NCBI GenBank assembly: GCA_039096225.1
Contig: JBBPEB010000017.1
Coordinates: 620,001 to 684,000, forward strand
DNA length: 64,000 nucleotides
Source of the DNA: Blastocystis sp. Blastoise
Lineage: Eukaryota > Protista > Bigyra: Opalinata
Direction of reading: 5' to 3'
A model generated the notes under the pieces. That model was not told the DNA's origin. It ran no database searches and saw only the letters and a list, made by a program, of their open reading frames with translations. Positions 1-14,943 of the stretch are shown piece after piece. Within the stretch, counting starts at the first letter, position 1, and each line of letters starts with the position of its first letter. The position numbers and the translations under genes were made by a program.

Positions 1-3000
1 CTTATAAGATCTATATATATATATATATTAATAAGGTTATATATTATTATTATATATAATATGTTATTATTGTATATAAGATATAATATATTATTGTATA
101 TAATATATAATATATAATATATAATATATATCTCCTATACTATATACCTTTACAACTAACAACAATATACTGTAATACGTGTGTAATAACTGATAGAATC
201 ATAAGTATACACATAGTAATAGAAGAAGGAGGAAGGAATGTAGATATAAATATAGAGAGAAGAGATATAAGAGATGTTATATTATTCAAACCAGCTATAT
301 ATATATATATAGAGAGAGTTATATATAGTTTTAAATTTCATTATATATATCTAATTAGTATATAAAAATAATATGCAATTATATAATATTAAAAAATATA
401 TATATTTATATACCTGTTATAAATAATATACAAACATAGATAAATCGAATAATAATTTCTTTATTTTCAATAATAAATTCAAAACAATTCATAAAGAAAT
501 ATTTAATGTCTTCATAAACATTAGTAATTGTTTTAACACTTTCTTCTTGTATATCAATATCCGTATGTTTATATACAAATCCTGTTATATTATTTAAAGG
601 TGTAAATAAAGTCTTTTTAACATTAAGAGAACCAGTTATAGTAGATTCAACAATAGGGTCCATAGGATTTCCTAATGTTTGTGAACGAGCTTTATTATAT
701 AAGCCAGAACCTTGAGATACATAAAAAGAAGGATGAGAGGGATTAGTAGAGGGATATGATTTATCATGGGAATTTGAGAGATTTGTAGGTGTAAGATTAG
801 ATTTACCAGGAAAAGAAGAAGAAAGAGATGTAGATATATGTAGTAAGTTATTATTATTATTATTATCATTAATATTATCATTATTTTCATTATTATTATC
901 ATTATTTTCATTATTATTATCATTATTATTATCATTAATATTATCATTAATATTATTATTATTATTATTCATATTATTATTATAACTATTATTATCATCA
1001 ACTTCCCCTTGATGGTCTATATTTACTTCTTGTTCATTTATATCATTATTTAATGCAAATGAATCTACTAAAGGAAATGACATATAAGGTATTTGTAAAT
1101 CTTTTATACTAGTTCTTAAATAAGAAGGTAAATAGGATAAATTCATTGTATTTGAAGAAGAAGTAGAAAGAATACTATTATTATTATGAGGAGTATTAAT
1201 AGATACAGAAGGAAGAGGAGATGTAATAGTAGTAGACATATTATTATTTATATTATGCATACCATTTCTGATTGGATTATTGACATTAGTATCCAATGAA
1301 ACTGTTTCTGATGAATTATTATCTATATCTATATTTCTATTTATATGTTTAAAAGATAAAGAAGGAAGAGGAGAAAGAGGAGTAGGTGATATTACAGGTA
1401 AATTAGCATCTAGTGGTGATATCATATAATTAGTAGCAGATAGAGAAGAAGCATTATTATTCATATTTATAGTATTCATAGTATTTATAGTAGAAGATGT
1501 TCCATAATCACGGGAATTTAGACTATTACGAAGATTACGTGTGCTTCCACGAAGAGAACTTTCTAAATCAATAGATGATGATTCCCCACGGGAATTAGGT
1601 GTCAGTAATAAAGAGGAGTTTCGTGATTCTTCTAGAGTATCCCCGCGGGAATCAGCTTCACTACTTTGTGTTGATTCTTGAATAGTATATAAATGAATAT
1701 TAGTAGGTGTATGTATATAGTTATTAAGAATAGGAGTAGGAAGAGGAAGAGTAGTAATAGGAAGAGGAAGTGGAAGAGTAGAAATAGAAGTAGAAGTAGA
1801 TTGAGATAAAGATATGTCATTTTCACGGTTATTTAAGGAAGTTAAATCAAAAGAAACTCGTTTGTTATCTTTATTTAATGAATTATTTCCATGATTATTT
1901 GAAGAAATTAAAGATTTATTATTATTATTATTAGAAATAGAAGGAGGTGTATATGATGGTAATTGAGATAAAAGCGAACTACTCGATTTACTATTCGATG
2001 CACTGAATCTTTTAAGTAGCGAATGACGATTATCAATTGTACTTTGTGTTCCAATTAAGGGAGCTAGTTGACCATGTGATAATAAACTATGACGATTTGT
2101 AATATCTACCGTATTATTTTCATTTCCCGCGGGAATAGTGGAACTAGAATTAGTAGGTAAAGATGTTAATGGAGTAACAATATCAGTATAACTTGATGAA
2201 TATGTTGTATTATTATTTGTAGTATTCCCGTGATTATAGGATTGACTTTGAGAAATATTTGTATTCTCTGGATTATTTGAATTAATATGAGTAATGGATT
2301 GAGAACTATTTTGAGTATTATTTTGATTTTTAAGCATATATAAATAAAAAGGTTTTGAATTACTTTCTTCTTCTATTTCTTCTAGATCTTGTAAGAATTC
2401 ATCATCATTAGAAACTGTTGTATATACCATACAGGAGAGGGAATGACGACGTACTTTTCCCGCGTAAAGAGCAGGGTGGGGAGTGAGGGACGGAGGAACA
2501 AATACCTATAGAAGATAGATATATAAAAGTGATATATATATATAGATAAATAATAATAAAATTTGGAATAATAATGAATTTCATTTTATAATGTAATAAT
2601 ATAGATCATAATAATAATACTAATCATTATTATTAGTAAAAAAAAAAGAATAAAAAAGAATAGATAAAAGAATATAAATATACATTATGTATGTTTTCGA
2701 TATATTCAAGAAAAGTAGATTGGAATAAAGAAAGGAAAAGAATAAGGAAATAATAACCACAGGAGTTATTAATAACAGACCAAGTATCTATCCAGTTAGA
2801 AGTAAAAGGAAGACAACTAGCTGTATTTATAGGATAAGAAGAATAAGAATAATGAATATAACCCCAAGTACTATAGATATTTTTAAAACATAGTATATAG
2901 TTAAAAAATATATATTTATTGAATAAAAACAATATAATAATAATAATAAAAACAATATAATAATAAAATAATAATAATACCTTAAAATATCTTTATATTC

Positions 3001-6000
3001 ATTTGATTCACTAATATCTAAAAATGATGAAAATTGATAAATAAATTGAGTAAAACCAATAAATAAACATGGAAAGATAATATAATAAGAGAAATTAGCC
3101 CAACGTGATGTATATTTCGGTATTTCCCGCGATTTATTGACAGTTATAGGTTGATGAATAGTCTTTGTATCTGTTAATATATGTATCTATATATATATGT
3201 ATGTAAATGTTGAACACAGAATTATATATAATTTTATAAATAATGATAATATGTTGTGTTATATACAATGACTATATATTATATATATATATACGATAGT
3301 AATTCCCATGAGAATACAATTAATAATATTGGGATACATAATGAGGTATATATATAGGACAAGGATTAATATCTATATACATAATATATAATAGGAAGTA
3401 TAATAGTAGAATAAGTAGAATAATAAATATTTATAAATATAATAATACTAATAAAAGTATCATAATAATAAGAACTATAATAATAACTATATATATACCT
3501 TAGGAAAATGCACTACAAGTAAATAGAGTCCTTTATATGCCGATGTAGTTTGAATATTATGAATATAATCCATACGTGACGCAGAGGGAAGGTAAGAAGA
3601 CTGTAGAGGTAGGGGAATAATAATAATAATAATAATAAATTTATTGTATAATTTATATAAATTATTATATTTATAATAAGCATACTATTGATAACAAACA
3701 TAATAATAATATATAAATACTGAGTAATGTTTCTTAGATTGTAAGTAATGGTATCTATATATAATACATAGAAAGAGAAGGAAGTCCATTAATAAAAAGA
3801 GGAACGGAGAAAGACCATACGCTTGTGCTATAGAATATAAAAAATATATAAATAATAATAACTTAAACATATAAATAAACATAATAATAATAATAATATA
3901 AACATAAATAAATATAATAATAATGAGAATAATAATAAAATAACTTACATGGACTATCTAATAATTCATCATATATATAAAGACCTGTTTCTATTGGTAA
4001 AACATGGAATACTGTTCCAAGTGCTGTCGTAATGGCTAACGTGAAATTTGAAGAAAAACCATATAAAGTAGACATGAATCTATATATATATATATGTTAT
4101 ATATATTATATATACTTTAGTGTTACTACAATTAATTGTAATACAGCCATAAATAGAAGAAGGAAACGAATAGATCTCTCCGTACATGAGAAATACTATA
4201 TATATATATAGAATAATAAAAATAAGTTTTTTTAATATAAAATATATTCTATAAAAGAAAGTATATATAACAGATTATCTATATATACAAAAAATGCAAG
4301 ATATAGGAATAGTATTCCGATATAGTACACACTGACCAATGATGGTGGAGTAATGTACAGACATATAAATAATAATATAGGTATAAACCCATGAAATTGA
4401 TTCTATATATAAATATTATTATATATAGATTATTATATTATATATATACATATGTTAATTTCCAAAATCGTGAAGATTTAGGTCTTTTTTCAATTCTCCT
4501 ATTTAAATATATAATAATAATAAATATAAAACTAATCATAATAATATATTTATATACTTGATTTTATGGCAATATATAAAAAGAAGTGTTTTCCACGAAA
4601 CAAGGAGACATGAAGATATCAAAATAACCGTGGGAAAATTGTATATGGAAGTAATTGTACCAGGAACATAAGAAGCGAGAAAGCCAAGAATAGAGAGAAG
4701 AGAAGATAAAGAAGATGACTATATATATATTTATCACATAGATGATATATGTAAAATATTTATATAAATTAATAAAATAATATATAATAATGATATATAT
4801 AATAATATATAATATACGGGTAATATGATTTGAGCTACAACAAAAACATATATAAGAATAATATGAATAAAACATTGAATTATATTCTTATTAAAATATA
4901 ATGTAATTATATATATAATTAATAACGTATAAGTGATGACGCTTGGAACACAAATAAGACAGCCAATAATAATAAAATATAATACATCTTTCATAAACAT
5001 ATTAAATTTATATATGTATTTCTCAACAGCTTGTGTTGAATGCTTTAATTCTGTTATACCTGCCTATACATATAATAAATATATTAAATATAATAAATAA
5101 AATTATATAATAAATATAAATAAATATAATAAATATAAATAAATATAAATAAAATATACTTTATTGAAGAATCCAGAAATAGCAAATAAAATGAGTTGAT
5201 AAATAAAATAAGCACGTGATTCAAATTGATTGGCACTTATAAGATAAAAGTAATTTGATTGGTCAAGAGCCGATGTTATTGTATTTGAAAGGCATGAAAA
5301 TATAAATGAAATCACAAGAGGAACCATAGAATAACTATAAAGCATTATATATATATGTATATGTAGAATATAAAAACAAAATTAAAAAAAAATATTAACA
5401 AAATATATAGATAATAATATACATTAAGAAATAATATCTTGTTTTTACATTAAGTGTAAGAAATCCGTATCCTTGTGGATCTTGATCCCCCTCTTCGTCA
5501 TCACTACTATTTGTACTACTCATTGTACCATATAAACGCATATTTGTAGTTCGATAAATAGAAAATATATCGAAGAGGATAAGAAGAAGATATATACAGG
5601 ATTGAAGTGTAGGATTAATAAAAATCCATATTAAATAGCACGTATAGAATAGACAAATTCCCACGGGAGAACGAAGAAATACAGTGATACTAGATGTATA
5701 TATATAGAATAATTAAAATATATAATGATATATAAAATAAATATTATAATAAAAAAAAGCAAATTATGTTTTTATAAATATATATATATACCATTCTAGA
5801 ATAATTTTTAAAAATCGAATAATAACAATTTCGCTGCCTTCGGACTTAATGCTTCTCCTTAATGCACCATATAGATTTGAATGAGATAATGAAGAATCAT
5901 TTCTCGTTCTAATGTGAGAATTGACTGGAATATCTTGGCTAGTCGTAGAATGAAAAGATGAAATAGATCTTCTATTCGAACGTATTGGATTATTTGAATC

Positions 6001-6707
6001 ATTTGATTGATATATAGTTGATTTATTATCAAGAGGAGTAGTAGAATACATATTTGAAACAGGAGTTTGAAAAGAAGGAGAAGGAGAAGAAAGAGTATTA
6101 GTATTATTTGCTGTTGTTTCAATTCGAGTTGATTGATAACGACTATTACGTTTATTTAAAGATCTACGTGATCGATTACTTTCATTAGAGCTTTTTCTTC
6201 TATTTGTATGTTTTTCAGCAGATATATCAATAGCATTACGACGAGGTACAGCATTAAATTGATGATTTTGTTCTTCTTTAGATGAGGGTTTTGAGGGTTC
6301 AAATGTACGAGTATTAATTTTACGTGCAAGAGGGACTTTTCTCATTTCCACATGATTTATGGTTCTTTTAGAATTCGTTAAAGAATTTAAATCTTGATTA
6401 TTAGAAATTGAATTTGTTGATATATCATTTTGAGTTGATGATTGTATATTATTATTATTATTAATAGTAGAATCATGTGTAATAGATGAATTATGTATAT
6501 TTTCTGTTGATTGTTGAATATTATTAGATATATATTCTTGCTGAGAAGAGGAATGAATTGTAGAGAGAAGAGGAAGAGAGGGAGGAGGTAATTGTGTATT
6601 ATGAGTATTTGAGATATTATTATTATCTGAGATATTATTATCTGAGATATTATTATTATCTGAGATATTATTATTATTATTATCTGAGATATTATTATTA
6701 TCTGAGA

Positions 6708-6742
<35 letters not shown>

Positions 6743-8285
6743 TTAGGAGGAGGAGGAAGAGGAATAGAAGAGTCAAAAGATATAGTATTATTAATATATT
6801 CATTAGTACACATAGTAGTTTTAGGTAATTCAATAATAGGAGTATTATTTGAAGAATTAGATACAGAGTTTGGTATATTGAAATGAATTTGAGAATCTAT
6901 TGATTTTGATGTTGATATAGAACGAGATATATTATGATTATGTGATGAATTTATATTTTTATTATCATCATTTTTTATATGATTTTTAGTAGGAAATAAT
7001 GACATATTCAAATTCGTTTTACTTTTTTGAAAAGCTTTTAAAACAACAGATGGTTTAACGTCTTCAATTCCATTAGGATTATCAGGATCTACTATTAATT
7101 TTGCATATATAAGTAAAACTAAAGATAGATATAATCCAATTCTTGTAAATATATATATTAATATAGATTCACCATCTGATGATATTTTTGGTCCAAATAT
7201 TGAATATAACCATGAAGATTTATCATTAGGAAATAAATAAGCAAATGAATAATATAGAGAACTATATATAGAATAGTATTATTTATATATAATAATAGAA
7301 TATGAATTTATATATAAAATTATTATTATTCATATTATAATTAAATAATCTTGTAGAATTACATAAATTATTATAAAACGAAAACATATATATAAATATA
7401 TACCTTAATAAATAATAGATAGATAAGAAAACAAATAAGAAATAGATTTGTTTATTATCTATAATTCGTACAGAATATCCTGGATGTGACATAAGTGTAA
7501 TATATAAATAAAGAAGTGGACAGAAGACGAGAAGAGATAATATAGTTGGATAAGCTATAAAACATAAGGATAAGAAAATCATAGTTATTATTAAAGAGGT
7601 AAATTGTGGTGCTTTTACTGAAGGAATTGAATAAGGTAATATATTCTATATATATATATTAATCATAATACTTATTATTTATTGAAAATAAATTATATGA
7701 AAACTAATATATATATATAATAATTCTTTATATGCAAAATTATAATAAAAAAATATAATGAATAAAAAAAGAATAATAAAAAATAAATAACTATAATATA
7801 TTTATAAAAATACAATTGGCTTTTTATATTCAACGTAGACAGCAATAATAGAAATAATGAATACAACACAATCAATAAATGAATTTTCAAAAAAAGATTT
7901 AAACGAATCAATACAATAAAATCCAATTCGATCATAACCCTATATAGATAATCATATAATAAAGAATAAAAAAATGCAAAAATATTAAAAAATATATTTA
8001 AAAAAAATACTCTAGCTCCTAAACATGAGCAGAAGAATGTAACTAGAATCGCTACAAAACTTAGAATAATAGAGCCTGCACACGTGTAGATAAAATAGTT
8101 GCTTCTTGTTATCGATGGACGCCGAAAAACAACAAAAAAGGACATAATTGCGTATAGCAACGAAATGATACTTTGACGATAGCATCCTGCAATAAATATT
8201 GTAAGCATCACTAACCACATATGAATAGCTGACTTGAGTCTATAAATATAGGAGCAAAAAACAAGAATATATACCTTTGTTTCAT
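1..8285 (-). CDS. Piezo-family mechanosensitive channel-like multi-pass membrane protein, 5' part; gene runs off the window start
   Basis: ATG at 8285 and first intron 8240-8274 give MKQRLKSAIHMWLVMLTIFIAGCYRQSIISLLYAIMSFF, which resembles the Piezo N-terminal xACxxRxSxxSLxYL motif. More than 15 exons splice in frame with GT-AG introns. They encode repeated hydrophobic helix clusters separated by two long Asn/Ser-rich loops (ORFs 5764-7011 and 406-2430). Confidence 0.6.
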
Positions 8286-9164
8286 GGTTAATGCTTGCTT
8301 CATTTCCGTTCAGTTAGTCAATAAAAAATAGAATATTAAAAAGTAGGTACTGCTAAAAGGAATTGATAAATAAGAGGAAATGAACAAAAGATGAAAAATT
8401 TAAATATCTTTTTTGGAAAAATGTCATTTTTTAGTAAATGTAACTGTAATATTCTTAAGAATTCACTGAAAGTTGTGATGTATGTTTTTTTAGGATCTAT
8501 ATATATGTATTGTTGAAAATAAGAATGATGTCAGCTTTTAAATGTATTACTAGACATGATTTGAATACTTTTTTGGAAAAATATCAAGAATTTGTTACAC
8601 AGTTGCATTTTTATTATTGTTCTTTAAATAATGCTAATCTCAATGTGCTTAAAATATTCTAAATATAGTGGATACATGATAAAAATGTTAGTAACGTATA
8701 ATGACGAAGATTATTTTGAAAATAAAAATGCAGATATAAGTAATAATATTCTATTCTTATAATATTCTATATTTCTAGCATATAGAGAAACTCATTGAAT
8801 CCTATAAAATTGTAAAATCTAAAAAAACAAACAAACAAAACACAAAATTAAATAAGAAATTGTGAATTCAATAATAAATAAACAAAGCACTGATTCTGAA
8901 TAAGCAAATAATAATAAAATGTTTAAAAAGAATAAATAATTAGCCCATATATTTAACCAAGAAACGAAATAATCTAAGACAAAATAAAAAAGGTTATTTC
9001 AAAGGAAACAATATATAACCAGAGAATAGGATATCATATAAAAACATATATATATGTAATGAAATAGTTATAATGAATACGAATCTAAAATAAAAAATCA
9101 AAAGAAAAAAACAAGCAAACAAACAAACAAACAAAAATATATATATCTACATAAATAGCAATAT

Positions 9165-10043
9165 TTAATGTTGATAAAGAACAAATTTTTGAAGTAAATA
9201 GAAGACACCATAACTAACAAAATTTACAGGAACTGAATAGAATAAAATAGATATAATAAAAAAGAATATATAAGGTCTTCCTAAAGCATATTTGTAAGGA
9301 GGTACGTTATAAATAACAGTAGGAGCATCAAAGCTAATACAAACATTAATATAACACATTTTCCCATTAAGATCAGGAGCTTCAATCGGAGTTAAGAAAT
9401 GACACCATATTTGTGACCAACTGAAAAATATAAGAGATAATAAATAACCACTAAAGGGTAAAATAGGATAATCATATAAGAAGAAGAGACATCCAGGAAT
9501 ATACCAGAAATGATGTAAGGTGACTAATTTAGTATGCAAAGGCCAATTTTTATCATATAAGAATCCACCAGCGTTAGCAGGTGCAACACCAAAAATAGGA
9601 TAACAAATAATATCAACATAAAAAGCAATATGAGGAATTAAAACCATGCATAACGTCATACAGACAACAGAAGGTAAGTTTAATAAAAATGCAACACCAC
9701 AATATAAAAGAGACTGATGACAATACCAAAAAGACTCATAAAATCCACAGTAACCATAATAATGAATTTTTTCCCATATAAGGAAACAGTAGCTACATAT
9801 CATTAAAGATCCAAATAGTTTAGCCCAAAGAGGATTTGAAAAAGGTCTAGCATTTGCATCCAAGTAAAAATAAGCTAATGCAATAATAGCTAGGAAGAAT
9901 CCATAGACAGGGAGTACAATAAGCCAAAAATACTTTCCTTGTGTTATTGGAGGAATTTGATTTTCTATATCGGTTTTAACGCTTCCATCAGCTTTTATAG
10001 GTCTATTCATATAAGGGTCATCCTTTTGTGTATCGGCTATCAT
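9165..10043 (-). CDS. Intronless 292-aa integral membrane protein, TMEM164/YwaF-like
   Basis: Clean single-exon ORF with about 7-8 hydrophobic helices and motifs FWYCHQ, TLHHFWYIP and YINVC. The CDS is secure; the family call is from motif memory. Confidence 0.75.
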   Translation of the reverse strand: MIADTQKDDPYMNRPIKADGSVKTDIENQIPPITQGKYFWLIVLPVYGFFLAIIALAYFYLDANARPFSNPLWAKLFGSLMICSYCFLIWEKIHYYGYCGFYESFWYCHQSLLYCGVAFLLNLPSVVCMTLCMVLIPHIAFYVDIICYPIFGVAPANAGGFLYDKNWPLHTKLVTLHHFWYIPGCLFFLYDYPILPFSGYLLSLIFFSWSQIWCHFLTPIEAPDLNGKMCYINVCISFDAPTVIYNVPPYKYALGRPYIFFFIISILFYSVPVNFVSYGVFYLLQKFVLYQH

Positions 10044-10970
10044 CGTTTCTAAATATTTAAATAATGTAAAAATGTAGTACTATAATAAATTAAAAAAAGT
10101 TGAAGTTCATTACAACCTTTTGTTACAATCAAGAAACTGACTTGATCCCATTTGATGGACAGTGGGAATAAATGATTGGATAGATATGACTATCGTCATC
10201 ATTGGTATAGACTTGTTTATTGTGATTATTTTTATTCTTAGAGTAATATGTCTGTGTTTCTCCATGTTTATTTTTCAATCCTACGGTTGTTTTATAGCCA
10301 CAATGAAATTCACGATAGGTTGGACGATAAGAGAGGAAAATGAGTTTTATTCATGTTCTTCTCGAATTCTTTTGTTTGTTCCTTTGTTCTTTCGATTTTC
10401 ATGACAGTATAATCTCACCTATTTGTATTTTCTTACATTTTCATATTAAATATCCAATTTGATGTTTTACTAAAGTAAACAAATCTGTGTTTTTTCTTTA
10501 AAAGCATCGTTTTTCATCAAATTAAATGAAAATTATTTGTTATTGAAAAAGATGTTATCATATTTATTTTAGAATATCTCGTATGGCTCAGAGAAGCAGT
10601 TAGTTCCATAAAACAAGTATGAGACTTTTTTATTTGTAAGAACAAATTATGATTAACCTATAATTGATGTAAGATATTATAAATGAAGAGTAGAGATTAT
10701 GGATATATCAGCAGATTATCTAAATCATAAGTTTACAAAAAATATAATTTATGATGATGACACTACACACTTAAAAAATTGAATTTTACAACACTACATA
10801 CCGAGGATTATTATTTTGAATGAATCTATGTATGAAAATAGTTTATAAGCAAATTTATAAAGAGAAAACACATAAAAAAAGTATACGTTTATTTTTTTGT
10901 TAACGAACTATTTTCTTTTTGTAATAAGGATTCATTTTTAGTGCTTTTCTCAACATAAAGAGACTAGAAT

Positions 10971-13646
10971 ATGAAGTTATATATGAATATATGTTTGAAT
11001 ATCTGCGCTATTGCTTTGATCACCCTTCAGTCGTTGTGGCTGTATAGAGGATTTCCCTTTTTCGGTCGTAAATTAGTTTATTCTCTCCCAATCACTAAGA
11101 CTTATGCTGTAGATGATAAGAAACAGCTTTATGTGGATGTTGATTACAATATACAGCATATCATTAAAAACCAAACAGTTGTATGTGTTATTGTTGCTAT
11201 ATCTATATTTTATCGGTTATAATATATGTTTTATCGTTGATAGAAAATAATTATATGCAATAATATATCTTTTATATAGTATGAAATGCGAAATGTGACC
11301 AAATTTATTGATAGAAATTCCTTACCTGATATTGACTTTCGTGATAAAAATTGGGAAACTGTGTTCATGAACAATCATTTTGTTCCCTTTTTCTATAATA
11401 AGTATATATTTAAAGATATTATTATTAATATGTTTTTTTTAATCTAGATCGTCACCACGTCCGTTGAAAACACCTGAGGATCATCAGTAAATCTTTTTTT
11501 AATAGAAATCTTATTCTAATCATTAATACATAATAATAATATATATATATATAATTCTATAGAGATCGTTATACTTCTATTCAAAATATTAATAATAATG
11601 GTGTAGTATTTACTATACTCTACAATGCATGTATTACAGTAAATAAATTTCAAATAGAAATTTATTTAGGTAAAAATTCTGTAGAAGAAGAACCCTATAA
11701 TATATTTGAAAAAGCTTGTATGTTTATTATTAGTTGTTTTATGTGTATTCATATTATATTTTTTATATTTTTTATTTATTTTATTTATTTTATTTATTTT
11801 ATTTATTATATTTATTATATTTATTTTATTTATTATATTTATTATATTTATTATATTTCGTGTGTCTATTTTTAATAATATTTAATAACATTTAATAATA
11901 TATAACATTATAAATTATAAATTAATATACTTATAAAATCAATAATATATAGCTGGTTATGCATCTCTTCGTGAATGGAAGCAAGTACGATATTATCAGC
12001 ATATGGCCATTGCTTCTTCTTCTTATTTCTCTGAAGATGAATATACTTGGATTATGGATATTCCCCACGGGGAAAATATAGCTCATTTTGTTGAAGGTAC
12101 TGGACCTATTCTAGATTATATTATGAAACCTTATCTATATCCCGAAGTATATATAAAATAAATATAAAGTAATAAATATTATGTATAATAAATATAAATA
12201 TAATATAAAGTAATAAATATTATGTATAATAAATATAAATATTATGTATAATAAATATAAATATGATATAAAATAAATATAAATATGATATAAAATAAAT
12301 ATTCTATATAATATAAAGTAATAAATATAATAAATATATAAATAATATTTTTATATATATTTTATAGATACATAATATATATACATTAAGAACCTGTTAT
12401 GGTAATGATTGGAGAAATCAGTATATGAATATTTTAAAATCATTTGTCAGTAATTCTTCTATTGATTCTATTCCTTTATCTTCTACTTCTTCTTCTAATT
12501 ATAAAATACCTTCATTCTATTGTCAAAAAGACTTGGAAGAAATGGCAGCTCAACATAATAACCGTGTTTGCTTTAAAAGAATTGTATATATATATATATA
12601 TATATATATTTATGTATATATATATATTTATGATATCTTTTTTTTTTTATTATTTATGTATTATTATTTTATAAGTATCAATTATAGTAAATATTTTTTA
12701 GTACATATTATTTTTTATTTAAAAGATAATCACTGTTTATTATTATTACTCTCTTTTTCATATATATACTAATTATAAATCCATTATATACTATACTACA
12801 TATATATATATATAGTATATATCTGCATCTATGAGACATTATGGATTTGGAGGTGTTTTTACTTCTTTAAAATATAGTAATTATTTAAGAGCAGCTGCCT
12901 ATAAATTGAATAATATAAATATATCATTCTCTATACCCGAAACTCTTCGTGTTATCATATTTCAACGAGTTATGAAAATTGCACAAAATGGAAAACGAAA
13001 GATACTTAATATAAATCAAATTGAAACAGCATTTAAACAACAAAGTGTATATATATATATATATTTATTTATAGTTCATGTTATTATTATTATTAAATGA
13101 ATATAATAATAATAATAATAATAATTATATTAATAATAATTATATTAATAATAATATTAATAATAATTATATTAATAATAATAATATTAATAATAATAAT
13201 ATTAATAATTATTATATATATCCTAGTCTTCATATTCATTATTAACAATAAGTCCAGAAAATAAAAGTTATAAAGAACAAGTACAATTAATGACAAATAC
13301 AGATATTTTAATTGCTGTTACTGGAAGTGGAATTGCAAATTGTTTATTTCAATTACCTTATAGCGCAGTTATTTCTTTATTTCCTCATAATACAAAATTA
13401 GGTTTCTTTTATAGATATGCTTCTATGTCTTCAATATTTTATTATCCACTATATGATTATGATCAGGTAGTGTCGAAATGTCCAGATTTTCAGTCTTCTG
13501 ATGATGGCATGCCCAAAAATCATATGTGTTGGAATTATGTTATGAACACCTATATTCATAGTGACCTTACAGTCAACGTTTATGAGCTCATGAATACAGT
13601 TGAAGTCGCAAGTTATCAAGTCAAAACACATAAATACTTAGTTTAA
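10971..13646 (+). CDS. Glycosyltransferase family 61 (DUF563/EOGT-like), type II membrane protein
   Basis: N-terminal signal anchor; spliced exons give ENIAHFVE (NxxH), VIIFQR and TDILIAVTGSGIANCLF (compare GT61 DvlvgvHGAGLtN). All introns are GT-AG and in frame; stop at 13646. Confidence 0.75.
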
Positions 13647-14943
13647 TATTGCTAATTATAAATTTTTCTTTGAACATAAAATAAGTATTCTATATTCTAC
13701 ATGTTCTCCTCTCTTATTTATATTTTAATTATTATTTTATTACTATCTTTTTATCATAGTTTTAATAATAATTTCATTTATTTCTCCTTAATAGATATTT
13801 TGTTTATTCCTCTTAAAATAATAATTTCATTTATTTCTTTCTACTACGATCTTACAACTCATCCATAAGAATACTCAATATTTAAACCGTGATCTATAGA
13901 AAATATTAATAATTAGACTTTGAAAAATATAAAATAGAATTTTTTAAAGAATTTATCAATAAAGAATGTCTACGTAATGTGTCCAACAAGTCCGACAGAT
14001 CGAGGAAATATCGGCGCGTAACGTAAATGTTACTCTTGTCACAAAGCAAACTCTTCACAAACAAATAGTGTAAGAGAGTCAATTGAATACTTTAATGACT
14101 TAACGTTAGAACATCACAAATAAACATAATTTATTCAGTATAAAACATATATAAATATATATATATATACATACCATTAATAAGAAAACAGAAATTGAGC
14201 ACTCATTGTTGTCAATTCATATTAGTATATATGTATCAAATATCTCTAATTTATAGGATCAAGATACTTTCCGCAACTTATACCAATAACAAACAAATAC
14301 AATGCATAAATAATTCATAAAAAAAAATATTCTTTTTTTTTTTTTGGAATTGAATGAATCCAGGGGTAAAAGAACAAAACAAAGAAATTCCTACTCTATA
14401 CATATACAATTTTAGAAATCTATTAATTTCCCCCTTACTTCGTTTTTGTAAACCATGAATTACATGAATAATCTCCATTTTCATTTGTTCCTAAAAACCA
14501 TAAGAAGACACTATTCTCTTTTCAAAATGAAAAAAAAATGTTTTCTTTTGACATGTTGAATTTCATTAAAATACAACCTGAATAACTGTATACTGCATTT
14601 TAAAACCAATTATATATGTTCTATAGCTCTTAAAGTCTTCTATTTTATAAAATTATTTATATAATATAAATAAAATTATCTGAATAAGAGAATAAAAATT
14701 AAGAAAAGAAAAGAAAACCAAGTTGAAAAGAGAAAATCACTATTATTTACGTATTCTTCAACAAAACGATATTAAAACCAGGAATACCGTCTTAAAGGAA
14801 GAATAATTTGACCCCTGGACAATTTCTCATATATAAGAAAATCTCATTATTTCTGCATTTACCCCCATAGGTCTTATTTTTTCATTTTTTCTAAACAGTT
14901 TTCAGTCTCTATACACAATAAGCTCTTGTTCTCAACTTCCACC

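Noticed and set aside
10129-10404. 80-aa plus-strand ORF and an overlapping ATG-less minus-strand frame
   Set aside because: GTG start, no spliceable model and no recognisable motif; cannot be supported as a gene.
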